DNA of 64,000 bases, the filler included, from Lenisia limosa (Eukaryota; Protista; Breviatea): NCBI GenBank assembly GCA_001655205.1. It is 11 parts of 11 records of this genome, joined end to end, with 100 filler letters (N's around TTAATTAATTAA, not from the genome) between each part and the next. Parts side by side here need not be neighbours in the genome. Positions count along the whole stretch, not along the records: positions 62,892 to 64,000 come from LPNZ01001070.1; 10 more parts are not named here. The stretch is one strand, 5' to 3'. Made by a program: the position numbers and the translations under genes. The notes below the pieces were generated by a model that worked only from the letters and a program-made list of their open reading frames with translations, did no database searches and was not told where the DNA came from. Each line of letters starts with the position of its first letter. Position 1 is the stretch's first letter. Below are positions 62,792 through 64,000 of the stretch, one piece after another.

Positions 62792-63128
62792 NNNNNNNNN
62801 NNNNNNNNNNNNNNNNNNNNNNNNNNNNNNNNNNNTTAATTAATTAANNNNNNNNNNNNNNNNNNNNNNNNNNNNNNNNNNNNNNNNNNNNCCCATAATA
62901 GTTCAGGCTTAATCTGGGAGAGGGGGAGGGGGGGGGGTGCTAGGACTTATTGAGTAATATAATAGGTCCTACTAATTTCCTCATATCATGCAAGAGCACT
63001 CAGAGCAAGAGCTATGGTCCAAAAACAACGGTTAACATCGACATTTCTCGACAATCTATCAAGAAATACTGTCTTTTCTGGTACCATAAAGGAAAAACAA
63101 CTTAATCATCTCATCCAACTCCTTTCAG

Positions 63129-63987
63129 ATGGAAGCACTAAGAGACTTTGCACCGTATGTCAATGACTACGATAACATTACTGCTGCTCTTGATGTCCTT
63201 CTCAAACGAGAGAGTTTCCAACAAGCCGTTGAGGTGGGGTGGGGTGATCAGTACTTGTTTTTCCTGTAGTGACTCCCAGAAACTTATCATATTTGAAAAT
63301 ACATCTCAATGACTTACTATATTAGGAATTAACTTAAATCACTAGGAAATGAATTTCGGCAACTTACCATAATAGGAAGCTGCACACTCGGAGAGAGCCG
63401 GCGGCCTAAACATCCAGTCCCACCTCATTACCCCAGTCCAACGAATCCCCAGGTTACTGCTTCTGTCTAGGGATTTGCAAAAGGTATGCTCTGCAATGAT
63501 CTTGAAAAAAAAATTGTCAATTTGTGAAAACACCCAGTTTATTGAATTTTCTTTTGTTTCTTGATTGCAATTTATTGGAATTTATTCCATTCCATATCTT
63601 CTATAATCTCGAAAGTGACATCACTTCGGAGCACTTGTCTCAATTTGATCATATACTAGAAGGGTTCGGTTCGAAAAAAGACTGGTAATATCGATAGTTT
63701 TCTAGGATTTATCGGAAAATTCAGTTTTTTTGAACCGGAAGTGAAGCCCTTACTATATGTTTATCATCATTTGATTGACAGTGACCGCGATAAATCCTGG
63801 CACGATAAACTAAAGATAAAGCCCGATATACATGTATGTATCAAGCAAGACTATTCGCTGTCAATGTAAATGAACAGTGTGTACATACAATATACAATGC
63901 CACAACTGCGTAAATCACCACATTCAGTGTACATGGGAGTCGCACACCGATAAACAGGAGCTGACTGTAGCCCAAGAAGAGTTACAG
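63129..63987 (+). CDS. RhoGEF Dbl-homology domain, internal fragment
   Basis: FAPYVNDYDNITAAL..; GLNIQSHLITPVQRIPRLLLLSRDLQK; CTWESHTDKQEL. Confidence 0.88.
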
Positions 63988-64000
63988 GTTGGGGGGGGGG

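Overview
This is intron-rich, AT-rich eukaryotic (protist-like) genomic DNA with a standard genetic code and GT-AG introns. It is broken by many N-gaps; ten of these carry an artificial TTAATTAATTAA linker, so synteny across those joins is unproven. Genes recognisable after manual splicing: IFT57, a CABLES-like cyclin, a seven-exon ankyrin gene with one repeat per exon, tRNA-Glu(CTC), HSBP1, SF3A3/PRP9, a PRAS40/Lobe-like gene, PCH2/TRIP13, a divergent CFIm25 (NUDT21), part of midasin, a Sar1/IQGAP-type RasGAP C-terminus, a second ankyrin gene, alanine aminotransferase, a YeeE/YedE sulfur transporter, a small secreted Cys-rich protein, GST, BRK1, eIF1A, a SHAQKYF Myb, a WDR93-like N-terminus and a DH-domain RhoGEF. 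The mobile fraction is rich: a decayed THAP-domain P-element-type transposase, a 1.65-kb TA-flanked TIR element, and at least five short dispersed repeat/MITE families. All gene identities come from recalled motif similarity, not database searches, and most exon boundaries were placed by eye. The organism cannot be identified; the gene set suggests an amoeboid-flagellate, Amorphea-like lineage (inference).
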